Below, piece by piece: positions 20,250 to 29,643 of a stretch of 64,000 bases of DNA. The stretch is taken from assembly GCA_947258755.1 (NCBI GenBank), contig CAMYJO010000004.1, positions 35,550-99,549 on the forward strand, written 5' to 3'. Both the position numbers and the translations under genes were made by a program. Numbering within the stretch: the first letter of the stretch is position 1; each line of letters starts with the position of its first letter. The notes beneath the pieces are model-generated. The model was not told the DNA's origin. It saw only the letters and a program-made list of their open reading frames with translations, and did not search any database. This DNA is from an uncultured Gammaproteobacteria bacterium (GTDB taxonomy: Bacteria; Pseudomonadota; Gammaproteobacteria; JAADHQ01).

Positions 20250-20583
20250 GGGCCTGTAGCTCAGTTGGTTAGAGCAGTGGACTCATCAAAATGGTGCGTT
20301 CATATCGAAAGGTATGAAATGAACGGGATGAATTCAGGGAAACCTTAACAGCCATATTATGGTGGGCTGATGGCGATCCTGAGCCAAGCCGAAGGTACAC
20401 CTTCGGAAGGTGCAGAGACTACCTGGGGACTGGTGTAAACCAAGCGTCCTTAATAACAGGCAAGAGCGTCCCGCATCCTAACAAGCCCTCGCGTTGAGGA
20501 TGATGAGATAGTCCGCTCCTGATAGAAATATCCGGAACAAGTGAATCCATTGGTCGAAGGTTCAAGTCCTTCCGGGCCCACCA
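20250..20583 (+). tRNA. tRNA-Ile(CAU), intron-split; exons 20250-20286 and 20544-20583
   Basis: Joined exons give a 77-nt cloverleaf: GGGCCTG/CGGGCCC acceptor stem, GTGGA-CTCATAA-TCCAT anticodon arm, TTCAAGT loop, ACCA end; ileX-like sequence and position after rpoD. Confidence 0.92.
20287..20543 (+). ncRNA. group I intron (IC3-like), 257 nt, no ORF
   Basis: P1 CAU/GUG with U-G at the splice site; P2 with GAAA loop; P3 CGGGATG/CGTCCCG; P4 TTCAGG/CCTGAG; P7 GACTA (20417-21)/TAGTC (20509-13); P8; P9 GATA-GAAA-TATC; terminal G at 20543. Confidence 0.92.
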
Positions 20584-20606
20584 AATTACCCTTTTCGTAT
20601 ACAAAT

Positions 20607-20772
20607 TGTGCATGAAAGCATAGTTTGGCCGATACCGGCCTGAAGCGGTCCTACATTAACCTTGTCATTGCGAACGTAGTGAAGCAATCTGTCAAATCAC
20701 ATATCCGACTTACATGCAGCCTGGAAAGTTAAGTTAACAGATCGCCGCGGGAAAAAAACGCCTCGCGATGAC
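20607..20772. repeat. composite intergenic repeat, copy 1
   Basis: 25 bp identical to 35898-35922, then GTCATTGCGAAC..GAAGCAATC ... GATCGCCGCG..CTCGCGATGAC palindromic element. Confidence 0.75.
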
Positions 20773-21003
20773 TGGTTGTTTTGATTGACCTGAACGTCTT
20801 CTAAGGGTCGTTAGCGGCCAGACTATGCGTAAAAAAACGGCCAAACTATGTTCGCAGGGACACATCTGTGTGCATGTAACCAAAATTTGGCCATTTTGAC
20901 CAATAGCGGCCAGTCAGAGCTGTAAACAGTAGATTACTATCACTGCCCGACTCAGCTTTTATATTTATCGGACAGTGATATAGCACTATTTAATTACCTT
21001 AAA

Positions 21004-24000
21004 CTATTGGCAAGCACCTAAATCTTCGAGATTAAACGCCGTAGTTTTTAGCAGCTTGTCACGACCGACATACATCTGCGCACCCACCGGCATCACCTCA
21101 AGATCAAAACATGTTGTACTGTTCGCAGGGATAGTAATATCAATTCCATCAACACCCTTGTTTGCAACGCTGAGGATATAATCCAGGCCGTTGTCCCCCA
21201 ATGTTGCATCGATCGTATCACCGCTGGGCTCGAGCAGAACACCGGTAGCTGTTACAGGATTCGTTGAAGTCAGATAACCACTGTAAGGTGACCAGCTAAG
21301 TCCTCCACCAACAACACGCAATAACCACTGTGCATCTGGCCCAGCCGCACTACAATCTTTCCAAAGATATAAACCTGGATCAGTGGCATTATCATATACA
21401 GGCTGACCGCATTCGGCTGGCTCCGGTGCAATGTTACAACTAGCCAGGGTATCAAGATTCAATGGCGCAGTGACGAGCTGCTTACCTTCACCAAGGTAAA
21501 CAGGCAAAGTACTATCCTGGATAAAGCAGGCATTGGCTGCTGATGGCGTAAACCCAAACCCATCTTGCGCAGCATTCCAGACTCTCAATTCATAAATTAT
21601 CTCATTGATATTAGTAACATTATCAACTATATCACCACCTTCCAGGCTAACGGTCGTCAGGTTGGTAAAACCAGTATCTGAAGTCACTTTACCACCTGCA
21701 AACACGCCGCCGGGATCACCGCCACCACTCAAGCGTACTTCCCACTGACCGGTTACGCAATCCTTCCACAGGAAAATACCCTGCTCTGTTGCAAGATCAT
21801 AAGCAGGCTCACCGCATTCTGCTGAAGGCGGTACGACATCACATGCAGCCAGTGTTGTCAGGTTGAAAGGGCTATCGACCATGATGCGATTTTGCCCTAA
21901 ATAGATAGGAACATTCGGTGCTGTTGTGGTCAAGCAGGCATCAGCAGCTGGCACAAAGTTCAAGCCATCTTCGCCCCCGCCCCATACTTTCATTGCATAG
22001 CTCAAAATATCCGGATTGGTGTTATCAATCACATCATTGGGTTCAAAACTGTATTCAGTGTAGGTTAGACCGCCGACAGATTCGATATAGCCATCGTAGA
22101 AAACACCATTATTATCACCACCGCCCGTAACACGCATTCTCCACTCGCCACTGCCATCACATAGCTTCCAGATGAATACGCCTTTCTCGGTAGACCGATC
22201 ATAGACTGGTTCAAAACAGGCATCCGTCACAGTACTACTATCGTTATCCTGGATTGTCACTGTCGCAGTACTGGTAGCCAATGTCAGGTTCGACGGACCA
22301 CTCAAATCAACAGTAAAACTTTCAGTTGCTTCAGGTGTAGCATCCTCGATAATCGGTATCAACACCGACTTACTAGTTTCACCGATCGCGTAGGTCAATG
22401 TCATGTTGACTGCCGTGTAGTCACTACCACTTAAGGCACTATCATCAGTCGTACTAATCACAATAGACGCTGGTTTGCGTGGCAACGTGGACAGGTCAAC
22501 GCTAAGCAGCGCATTACCGGCATTTTCCAGAACGGTAACATCGGCCACAGAAACAGATGGTACTGTGCGCGTGACATCGTTCGGATAAGCATCTTCAGTA
22601 TCCGGCACACCATCACCATCGCTGTCTGTTGGCGCAGGTCCACCACCCGGTTGATTCGGATTGGTATCGACCGAATCATCAATACCATCGCTATCTGCAT
22701 CAACGCCACCATTACTGTCAGCGCTACCGATCATGCCATCGCCATTGGTATCAAGAGCGGCATTAACCGTTGTATCAATATCGTAGGCGGTACCATCATT
22801 GGCCGCATTATTAGACTCGACATCCAGGAAGTCCGGGATACCATCACCATCGCTATCCGGTGGAGTTGTAACACTACCCTGGTCATTAATCAGGTCATCG
22901 ACCAGATAATTGCCATCAGCATCAATCAAACCTGCCTCAACAACATCAGGGATCGTGTCATTATCACTATCCAGATCATTCTCATTAACGACACCATCAC
23001 CATCCGCATCATTCGAACTCAACGTAGTTACGCTTATAGATATATCATCAACAGCGGCCTCTACGAGTGAGCCGGAGCCTGCATCGGCAGCCTCAACCAG
23101 CAGTCGAATCGTCTGACCCGCATAAGAAGAGACATCGACACTGAAGGCCGTCCAGCTTGCTGCACGGTTGGTACCGTTACCAAGCTGTGACAGAATGGTT
23201 TGCTGGTTAGTACCGGAGCGGATTGAAACACGGAAGAAATCAGCGCTGCTTGCGTTGCTACGATGGGCGAAGTAATAGTTGAACTTCAACGTCGTCACAC
23301 CTGCCGGCAAATTTATCGAAGGCGAGAGCGCGGAGGTCACACCATTGTCAATATCATATGTACCCGCACCACTACCCGCTGCAGCTTGTGTTACCAACGC
23401 ATTCGAACCACTTGTGGTGTTGTTTAACTGCATTGCATACCCACTGCTGGACGTTGCTTCCGGATTAGCGACTTCCCATTGACCAGTTGTCGCGGTGTCC
23501 GTGTTAAACGGGTTAGTAGCCCACCCCTGGTTAGTCTCAAAATCATCCAGCAATTGATCGCTCGGCTGCCCCGCCACGAATTCCGCTGCATTAGTTATAC
23601 CATCATTATCAGCATCGATATCACTATTATCACCAATGCCGTCACCATCTGTATCCGTTGTTTCTGTAGCATCATTCGGGAAAGCATCCGCATTATCGCC
23701 TACGCCATCACCGTCACTGTCAGCCGTCTCATTCGGATTATTCGGGAAGGCATCCGCATTATCACCCACACCATCATTATCACTGTCAACTGATTCAGTA
23801 GGATCATTAGGGAATACATCGGCATTATCACCAACGCCATCACCATCACTATCGACTGATTCATTTGGGTTATATGGGAAGGCATCATTGATATCTGGAA
23901 CACCATCGTTATCATCATCCAGATCAACATCATCTGTTAAGCCATCACCATCAAAGTCAAGGACACAAGGACCTAATGTGGTCAGGTCAAATGGCACGTT

Positions 24001-26112
24001 GATTCGTTTTCCTGTATTACCCAGGTATACCTGCTCAAAATCATTTCCTTCAAGTGTGAAACAGGTTCTTGACTGCCCCGCGGTACTGAAATTGATGCCT
24101 TTACTATTACCGATATCCTGTTGTACGCCTATAGAGAAATCAATAATCGCAGCAACAGAGTTGTCGACAATATCACCGGCACCGGCTGAAATCGGATTTA
24201 CATAACCAAAATTAGAATCACCGACTATCTGACCGACAGCCATCTGCACGCGACCTTCTGTCAAACGACCAAGACCACCTTTTGCACGCATACGCCAGTT
24301 ATCTGTACCGCACTCACGCCAGATCAGCATTGCTGGACCTAATGTGGGGGTGTAAACAGGTTGGCCACACTCATCACCAGGCTGAAATGTCACATGCACC
24401 GGTGTGCCTGCACCTACTACGTTAAGGCTTCCACCTTCAGTTGCAGTATAGAGTGTGTCGGCAGTGACGTTATTGAATGTATCAACTTGACCTGAAGGCC
24501 ACTCAATTCGTACCTGATCAACCGTTGTATTGGCTGCCAGTCCAAAATGGATTCTGGTGTGATTTTGCGACCATCGATGATAACCACCGCTTTGCTCACG
24601 CAGCTGAATCACACCGCCAGCAGTCACATAAACCTTGGCACCAATTGCCGCACGTGGACTTGTTGTACCAACCAGATCCATCTGGATCCAGTGATTGCCA
24701 TTACCCTTGTTACGTATCAGGGTATCAGGGCCACCAAAACTATATGGCCAAAAAAGTAAACCATTAGATACAGCCAGGTCCATAAATCCATCGACATCGT
24801 AATCAGCAGTAATGACTGAATCTGATAGACCAAACTGAATACCTGCACCGATTGGACCTTCAGCACCATGCGACTGCACTTCTACAAAAGTACCATCACC
24901 CTGATTATCGAAATATCGATTGGCAAGATTTTCAACGCCGTCACGACATGCCATATAAAGGTCAAGATCCATATCATTATCAAAATCTGCGGCAACGACA
25001 CTGACACAGGATTTAAGGCCACTTAGTCCGATCCCGGAAACCCACTCGATTCCAGACGCGGTATTGACACCATACATTGTCGCTTGCGGCTCATCGGCAG
25101 TTTGCAGACCATTCATAACTGGATCGCTCACGGTATTTTCAGCAATGACACGAACATAGGCGGCACGGTTATCAGTATCAGATACAGTCCATAAGCCTGT
25201 CTGTGAACTGTACCTGATTGAAACCCCGCGATCACTATCAGCTGTGTTAGGCCCATTCGTATTTAATACAAATTCTTGCTCCAGATCAAACGCACCGCCA
25301 TATTTACCATCCACCAGAAATTTTACTTCGCCTGGAGCGGAAAAAGTGAAAGATGTGCCAGTGCCTGCACGGAACCAGGCTTCAATGCGATTATCATTTA
25401 TTTTACTTGCGCCTGCAGGACGTAATGCGCCTCTCGTTACGACAATATCTGTTCGCAGGTCATTATTAAAATCACCCAGTGCTGCATCGTTAGAAAGGCC
25501 AATCGCAGGAATTAAACTACTGGAGGCACCGGTAACAGATTTAGGGAATGTACCTTCATCTCCACATATTTCTTCTAAATCACCATTCGCATCTAGATCG
25601 AATAGCAGAATATATTGACCATTACAGCTGACGTCACTTTCGAGCGCGCGGTCACTGTCAGTATTATTCCATGCAGAATAATTTTGAGCCGTTAAGAGGC
25701 TGCTTTTTGTGAAGTAACCACCGCTGTCAGTGTTATTAATAAATAACTCATTTTCATCGCCTACAATAATGTCATCGTCGCCATCATTATCGTAATCGCC
25801 CCAGGCCCCGCCGTGCACATCAAACTGTGTGTTACCAATCCAGTAGCCATTCATATTAACGTCATAGATCATCGTCACATCATCAAAATCACCATCACCG
25901 GTGTTTCGGTACATTCTTGGAAAATCTCTGTGCCCTGAGTTCCAGATATCCGGCCATTTGTCGCCATTAAGATTGCCCCACGCAATACCCCAGGTTTCCG
26001 TGCCTCGTGTAAAACCAAGCTTGTCAGATTTATCTTCAAACTGAACTGGTGATGCATAGCCCAGTGAACTGAATGTCATGGAAAGAAGAACGGACAATAT
26101 TCGAATGTTCAT
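21004..26112 (-). CDS. large secreted Ca-binding adhesin-like protein (FG-GAP/ASPIC-UnbV, TSP3-like repeats, Calx-beta, four 4-Cys repeats)
   Basis: Signal peptide; GDYDNDGDDD/DFDNDMDLD motifs; HFGL...RIEWPSG; DSDGDGVGDNADAFP repeats; SGSDY...ESFTVDLS. Confidence 0.8.
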   Translation of the reverse strand: MNIRILSVLLSMTFSSLGYASPVQFEDKSDKLGFTRGTETWGIAWGNLNGDKWPDIWNSGHRDFPRMYRNTGDGDFDDVTMIYDVNMNGYWIGNTQFDVHGGAWGDYDNDGDDDIIVGDENELFINNTDSGGYFTKSSLLTAQNYSAWNNTDSDRALESDVSCNGQYILLFDLDANGDLEEICGDEGTFPKSVTGASSSLIPAIGLSNDAALGDFNNDLRTDIVVTRGALRPAGASKINDNRIEAWFRAGTGTSFTFSAPGEVKFLVDGKYGGAFDLEQEFVLNTNGPNTADSDRGVSIRYSSQTGLWTVSDTDNRAAYVRVIAENTVSDPVMNGLQTADEPQATMYGVNTASGIEWVSGIGLSGLKSCVSVVAADFDNDMDLDLYMACRDGVENLANRYFDNQGDGTFVEVQSHGAEGPIGAGIQFGLSDSVITADYDVDGFMDLAVSNGLLFWPYSFGGPDTLIRNKGNGNHWIQMDLVGTTSPRAAIGAKVYVTAGGVIQLREQSGGYHRWSQNHTRIHFGLAANTTVDQVRIEWPSGQVDTFNNVTADTLYTATEGGSLNVVGAGTPVHVTFQPGDECGQPVYTPTLGPAMLIWRECGTDNWRMRAKGGLGRLTEGRVQMAVGQIVGDSNFGYVNPISAGAGDIVDNSVAAIIDFSIGVQQDIGNSKGINFSTAGQSRTCFTLEGNDFEQVYLGNTGKRINVPFDLTTLGPCVLDFDGDGLTDDVDLDDDNDGVPDINDAFPYNPNESVDSDGDGVGDNADVFPNDPTESVDSDNDGVGDNADAFPNNPNETADSDGDGVGDNADAFPNDATETTDTDGDGIGDNSDIDADNDGITNAAEFVAGQPSDQLLDDFETNQGWATNPFNTDTATTGQWEVANPEATSSSGYAMQLNNTTSGSNALVTQAAAGSGAGTYDIDNGVTSALSPSINLPAGVTTLKFNYYFAHRSNASSADFFRVSIRSGTNQQTILSQLGNGTNRAASWTAFSVDVSSYAGQTIRLLVEAADAGSGSLVEAAVDDISISVTTLSSNDADGDGVVNENDLDSDNDTIPDVVEAGLIDADGNYLVDDLINDQGSVTTPPDSDGDGIPDFLDVESNNAANDGTAYDIDTTVNAALDTNGDGMIGSADSNGGVDADSDGIDDSVDTNPNQPGGGPAPTDSDGDGVPDTEDAYPNDVTRTVPSVSVADVTVLENAGNALLSVDLSTLPRKPASIVISTTDDSALSGSDYTAVNMTLTYAIGETSKSVLIPIIEDATPEATESFTVDLSGPSNLTLATSTATVTIQDNDSSTVTDACFEPVYDRSTEKGVFIWKLCDGSGEWRMRVTGGGDNNGVFYDGYIESVGGLTYTEYSFEPNDVIDNTNPDILSYAMKVWGGGEDGLNFVPAADACLTTTAPNVPIYLGQNRIMVDSPFNLTTLAACDVVPPSAECGEPAYDLATEQGIFLWKDCVTGQWEVRLSGGGDPGGVFAGGKVTSDTGFTNLTTVSLEGGDIVDNVTNINEIIYELRVWNAAQDGFGFTPSAANACFIQDSTLPVYLGEGKQLVTAPLNLDTLASCNIAPEPAECGQPVYDNATDPGLYLWKDCSAAGPDAQWLLRVVGGGLSWSPYSGYLTSTNPVTATGVLLEPSGDTIDATLGDNGLDYILSVANKGVDGIDITIPANSTTCFDLEVMPVGAQMYVGRDKLLKTTAFNLEDLGACQ

Positions 26113-26437
26113 ATAAAACGACCTTAAGATTCTATTTTGAATGATTTACAGTTTTAAAAGATGCCGCAAACATCACAATTAAAAAGTTAAATAGTATTTC
26201 AATCAGTATTACTGATCACCGAGCAAAAGGCTCATGACATCAGTAAACCAACTACTCAATAAAAATTGCGGGATTCAGAAATAAATAGAACTTAATGACA
26301 TTTAGAAAAAATGTACTGGCATAGATTGTTAATCATTATCTCACTCCGCAAATTATTTTTAATTTATTCTGTAATTATATTTTACATGCCATCAATATTG
26401 CCGCATTTCGATCAATGTTTAACAATGATTAACATAA

Positions 26438-26533
26438 AGCAGAATCCATGCCAGGAGCAATTAATACAATGTTTATAGTCACTTAGAACAAGTCTCAAAA
26501 CCTGTTACACAGAAAGTGTAAAAATTCCCGACA
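26438..26533 (-). promoter_or_regulatory. sigma54 -24/-12 promoter with upstream TGT-N11-ACA enhancer
   Basis: Minus strand CTGGCATGGATTCTGCT (26454-26438); TGTAAAAATTCCCGACA at 26517-26533. Confidence 0.65.
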
Positions 26534-26625
26534 TGAAAACAACCAGCGTAAAGCTTCCACTTTATAGTGACATCCTAAAACCAGCGTTTCCTATTTAGCA
26601 TAAAAATATATATCGTTGCGGTCAA

Positions 26626-26655
26626 TAAAAAGGCCACCCTGAAGTGGCCTTTTTA
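26626..26655 (-). terminator. intrinsic terminator (bidirectional shape)
   Basis: TAAAAAGGCCAC-CCTGAA-GTGGCCTTTTTA downstream of the 26683-27636 gene. Confidence 0.75.
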
Positions 26656-26682
26656 CTACGTCTGACACTGAATTAATCTGGC

Positions 26683-27636
26683 CTATTGTACGATTTCCCA
26701 GCTACCGTCCGCCCTTCGGCAAGCAGTACCATAAGCCACTTCAGTGCTGTTACCAACAGTGACTTCATGTTGATATTCACGGCAATACTGCCCTTTATCA
26801 CTGGGCCCTTCCCACACTGGCGTGACAGATCCGCTAACATCTCCTTCACTCCAGGAATGTGTCTGCCCAAGCGGTGATGTGGTTGCGCGATACATAGCGC
26901 GCTCGTGCGCACGTTGCTGTTCATCATTCAGATAGTCAATGATCTGTAGTGTAATCGCAGTAAAGGCCAGCCATCCCCAGAAGTCATCGTCATGATACAG
27001 GCGTTTATACCTGGGATAGCCATAATGAAAAGGCCGGACCTGTATATAGTGACGATGGTGACGGCGTGATGGGATAACAATCACCCTGCCAGGCTTGCGG
27101 TGTTTGTATTTTTTGCTTGAATGCTTTCGGTCATAATAACGATAATCGTAACGTCGTCTATCATCACGTCGCGTTGAATCCCGGTGACGTGGAAAGTAGT
27201 GATAATAATCCCTACGCTCGGGTCTTGCCCTGTGTTCGGGTCTTGCCCTGTGTTCGGGTCTTGCCCTGTGTTCGGGTCTTGCCTTGTGTTCAGGCCGTGC
27301 CCTGTGCTCGGGTCTTGCCTTGCGTTCAGGCCGTGCCCTGTGTTCGGGTCTCGCCTTGCGTTCAGGCCGTGCCCTGTGTTCGGCTCTTGCCGGGCGTTCG
27401 GGTCGCTTATATCTCTGAAAAGTTGGCTGTTGTTGCCGGCTCGGTTGACCATAAAACTTATTATCTGATTTTTTATTAGCTTTCTGTCTGTGCTGTTCTT
27501 TGTAATTTCTATCACGTTGTTCAGATGCAGCAACGGCTGACGTCATCGAGAAAATGGACAGCATCAGGATAGATGATAGTAATATTGCAATCTTGACATA
27601 TATTCGCATGATCAGGTCTCTCCCCTGTAGATTCAT
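26683..27636 (-). CDS. secreted Arg/His-rich repeat protein with C-terminal 17-kDa surface antigen-like domain
   Basis: Signal peptide; RPEHRA repeats; C-terminal GQYCREYQHEVTVG...YGTACRRADGSWEI. Confidence 0.75.
   Translation of the reverse strand: MNLQGRDLIMRIYVKIAILLSSILMLSIFSMTSAVAASEQRDRNYKEQHRQKANKKSDNKFYGQPSRQQQPTFQRYKRPERPARAEHRARPERKARPEHRARPERKARPEHRARPEHKARPEHRARPEHRARPEHRARPERRDYYHYFPRHRDSTRRDDRRRYDYRYYDRKHSSKKYKHRKPGRVIVIPSRRHHRHYIQVRPFHYGYPRYKRLYHDDDFWGWLAFTAITLQIIDYLNDEQQRAHERAMYRATTSPLGQTHSWSEGDVSGSVTPVWEGPSDKGQYCREYQHEVTVGNSTEVAYGTACRRADGSWEIVQ
27208..27405 (-). repeat. 18-bp coding tandem repeat, about 11 units
   Basis: TCGGGTCTTGCCCTGTGT-type units encoding RPE(H/R)(R/K)A. 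Confidence 0.9.
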
Positions 27637-27761
27637 ACAGCAGATACTATCAGAAAGAGGATATACCTAAACGGTATCATTGTGCGCAAGATTGCTTAAA
27701 ATCTATTGAAGAATTGATCTCGATCAAGCCATCAACTTTCGATGCTCAATTTGAGCGCCTT

Positions 27762-28062
27762 GTTAGTTTTTATTATATTTATTTTATGGTTTTCAGTCGT
27801 CGGGTAATGCATCGAACTCCTTTCGCTTGTCTTCAAACCAGGCTGTCATAGCGGCCGGAGTTTTCATCAACTCTTGTATTCTACCCATTGCCTCGAGATG
27901 TTCTTTGTCTTGTTTTTGAAACATCTCCATGCCATGCGCTTTACTAAGTTCTGCAATTTCTTCAAACGTGTCGGCATGAAATGCTTTATCGCATGCGCCA
28001 CCAAGCTGTCTACAATTCATTGTTTTCATGGGCTCTCCTTTTCCTGATTTAATCAAGCTAAC
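27762..28062 (-). mobile_element. solitary integron-type cassette with truncated attC
   Basis: Minus strand core GTTAGCT (28062-28056) before the gene; AACTAAC-AAGGC-GCTCAAAT after it (from 27768); no distal L'/R' found. Confidence 0.5.
27793..28029 (-). CDS. DUF1059-like small protein
   Basis: MKTMNCRQLGGACD...HG; AGGAG RBS. Confidence 0.75.
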   Translation of the reverse strand: MKTMNCRQLGGACDKAFHADTFEEIAELSKAHGMEMFQKQDKEHLEAMGRIQELMKTPAAMTAWFEDKRKEFDALPDD

Positions 28063-28325
28063 AGATAGTGCATGTGACTATACCATTAAATCTATCTCTT
28101 CATCTGTCAGCGCTTGGCGCGATAACTTTTATGACAACCCTTGCAGGCATCAAGCAATGGTTTGAAGCCTGCCCCTATCTTAGCGACATCGCCTGTTCCA
28201 GTCACATTCGCGGGTTTATTGAAATATTCCGATTTAACACGCGTATTTTTATATCCTTAAAAAATTCTCTTAATATACCTATCATAGGTAACAATGACTT
28301 AAAACCTACTCCCTTACAGCATACT

Positions 28326-29300
28326 CTACAACCACTTCATCCTTCTGAAGATCAAGTATTGCCCATAGACTACGCCTACTAAAATCATGCAAAAAAGATA
28401 AAACGCCCATTTGTTTTCCGCACCAGGTATGCCACCAACATTGATCCCAAGTAAGCCGGTTAAAAAACCTAATGGTAAGAAAATAGCGGCAACGATAGAC
28501 AGCACATACATACGTTTATCCATTTGTTCGGATATACGACTCATCAATTCTTCCTGAATGACAATGGCTCTTTCCCGGGCAGCATCCAGGTCTTCAATAT
28601 AACGCATGGTTCTGTCAGCCACTTCCCGCAAGCGCATACGGTCCATGTCATCCAGCCAGGGAACACGCTCATTATATAATCGGGACATGGCTTCACGCTG
28701 AGGGGCCAGATAGCGACGTAAACTTATTGCCTCACGTCTGAGCTCAGAAATTTGCGGCCTTAGTTGATGACTTTGCACGGTCAAGACCTGGTCTTCCAGC
28801 AAATCGGTACGGTCATCGATATCGCTGATGACATCTGCCATACGTTCGACAAGGCTTTCTGCAATACTGATTAAAAACTCACCCGGAGATGTCGGCCCGC
28901 GTCCTTGCTCAATGGCAGCACTCAAGTCACTGATGGATAATATTCTTCGTCTTCTGGTACTGATAATACGTTTACTATTGATCCACATTCGCAAGGAAAC
29001 CATATCTTCCGGATCTGCCCCCGGATTCATGTTAACACCGCGTAACATGACCAATAAACCTTCCTGCATAACGACGCTACGAGGCCTCGGGTCTTCGCTC
29101 ATCAAAGCGGCGATGACCACCTCGTCCAGACCGCTTTCATCAGTCAGCCATTTCTCGGCATCCGCAGACGTATAATCAAGATGCACCCACAATATGCCGT
29201 CATCCTCGGACCAGTCACAAATTTCCGTCCAACTGATCGCCCTCCCACCGCCATGCTCATCAAGAATATAGGCTGCAATCAAACTGTCATTATCGTCCAT
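28326..29300 (-). CDS. zntB: CorA-family zinc transporter
   Basis: WVHLDY, LRGVNMNPG, GINVGGIPG signature, two C-terminal TM helices. Confidence 0.85.
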   Translation of the reverse strand: MDDNDSLIAAYILDEHGGGRAISWTEICDWSEDDGILWVHLDYTSADAEKWLTDESGLDEVVIAALMSEDPRPRSVVMQEGLLVMLRGVNMNPGADPEDMVSLRMWINSKRIISTRRRRILSISDLSAAIEQGRGPTSPGEFLISIAESLVERMADVISDIDDRTDLLEDQVLTVQSHQLRPQISELRREAISLRRYLAPQREAMSRLYNERVPWLDDMDRMRLREVADRTMRYIEDLDAARERAIVIQEELMSRISEQMDKRMYVLSIVAAIFLPLGFLTGLLGINVGGIPGAENKWAFYLFCMILVGVVYGQYLIFRRMKWL

Positions 29301-29643
29301 AAATTCTCCCGAGAATAAATATCAGGTTCAGTATAGCACCCGTTATCAAACCGGTAGAAAAACCCTACGGGAAGGGACATTCCCAGTTATCAAACTCACC
29401 GTAATACCCGCTAATTATTTCACTGAGTAATACCGAACAAATTGCCGCCCCATGACACAAAATATACTTAGAGCGTTTATTTAACCGTGGAAAAACTTTC
29501 CAGTCATTTTATAGTCTATATGTATCAACAATAATAACACTGCAGTTAATAGGTCAATAATACTTCCCACTATCAGATTCAGATGATATATACTTTGTTA
29601 CTAATTTAAACATTACCATAGTAAACAAGCAGATAAGAGGCAT

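Noticed and set aside
20419-20613. 64-aa ORF as a possible homing endonuclease
   Set aside because: Antisense to the tRNA exon and intron, too short and lacking nuclease motifs.
20792-20820. GGGTCR-centred motif also seen at about 41200-41226, as possible island boundary sites
   Set aside because: Similarity is limited to a few bases and cannot be told from chance by eye.
27081-27533. Alternative-frame repeat ORFs (VLPCVR, SCPVFG, QDPNTG)
   Set aside because: By-products of the stop-free 18-bp repeat; the 317-aa frame has the signal peptide and domain.
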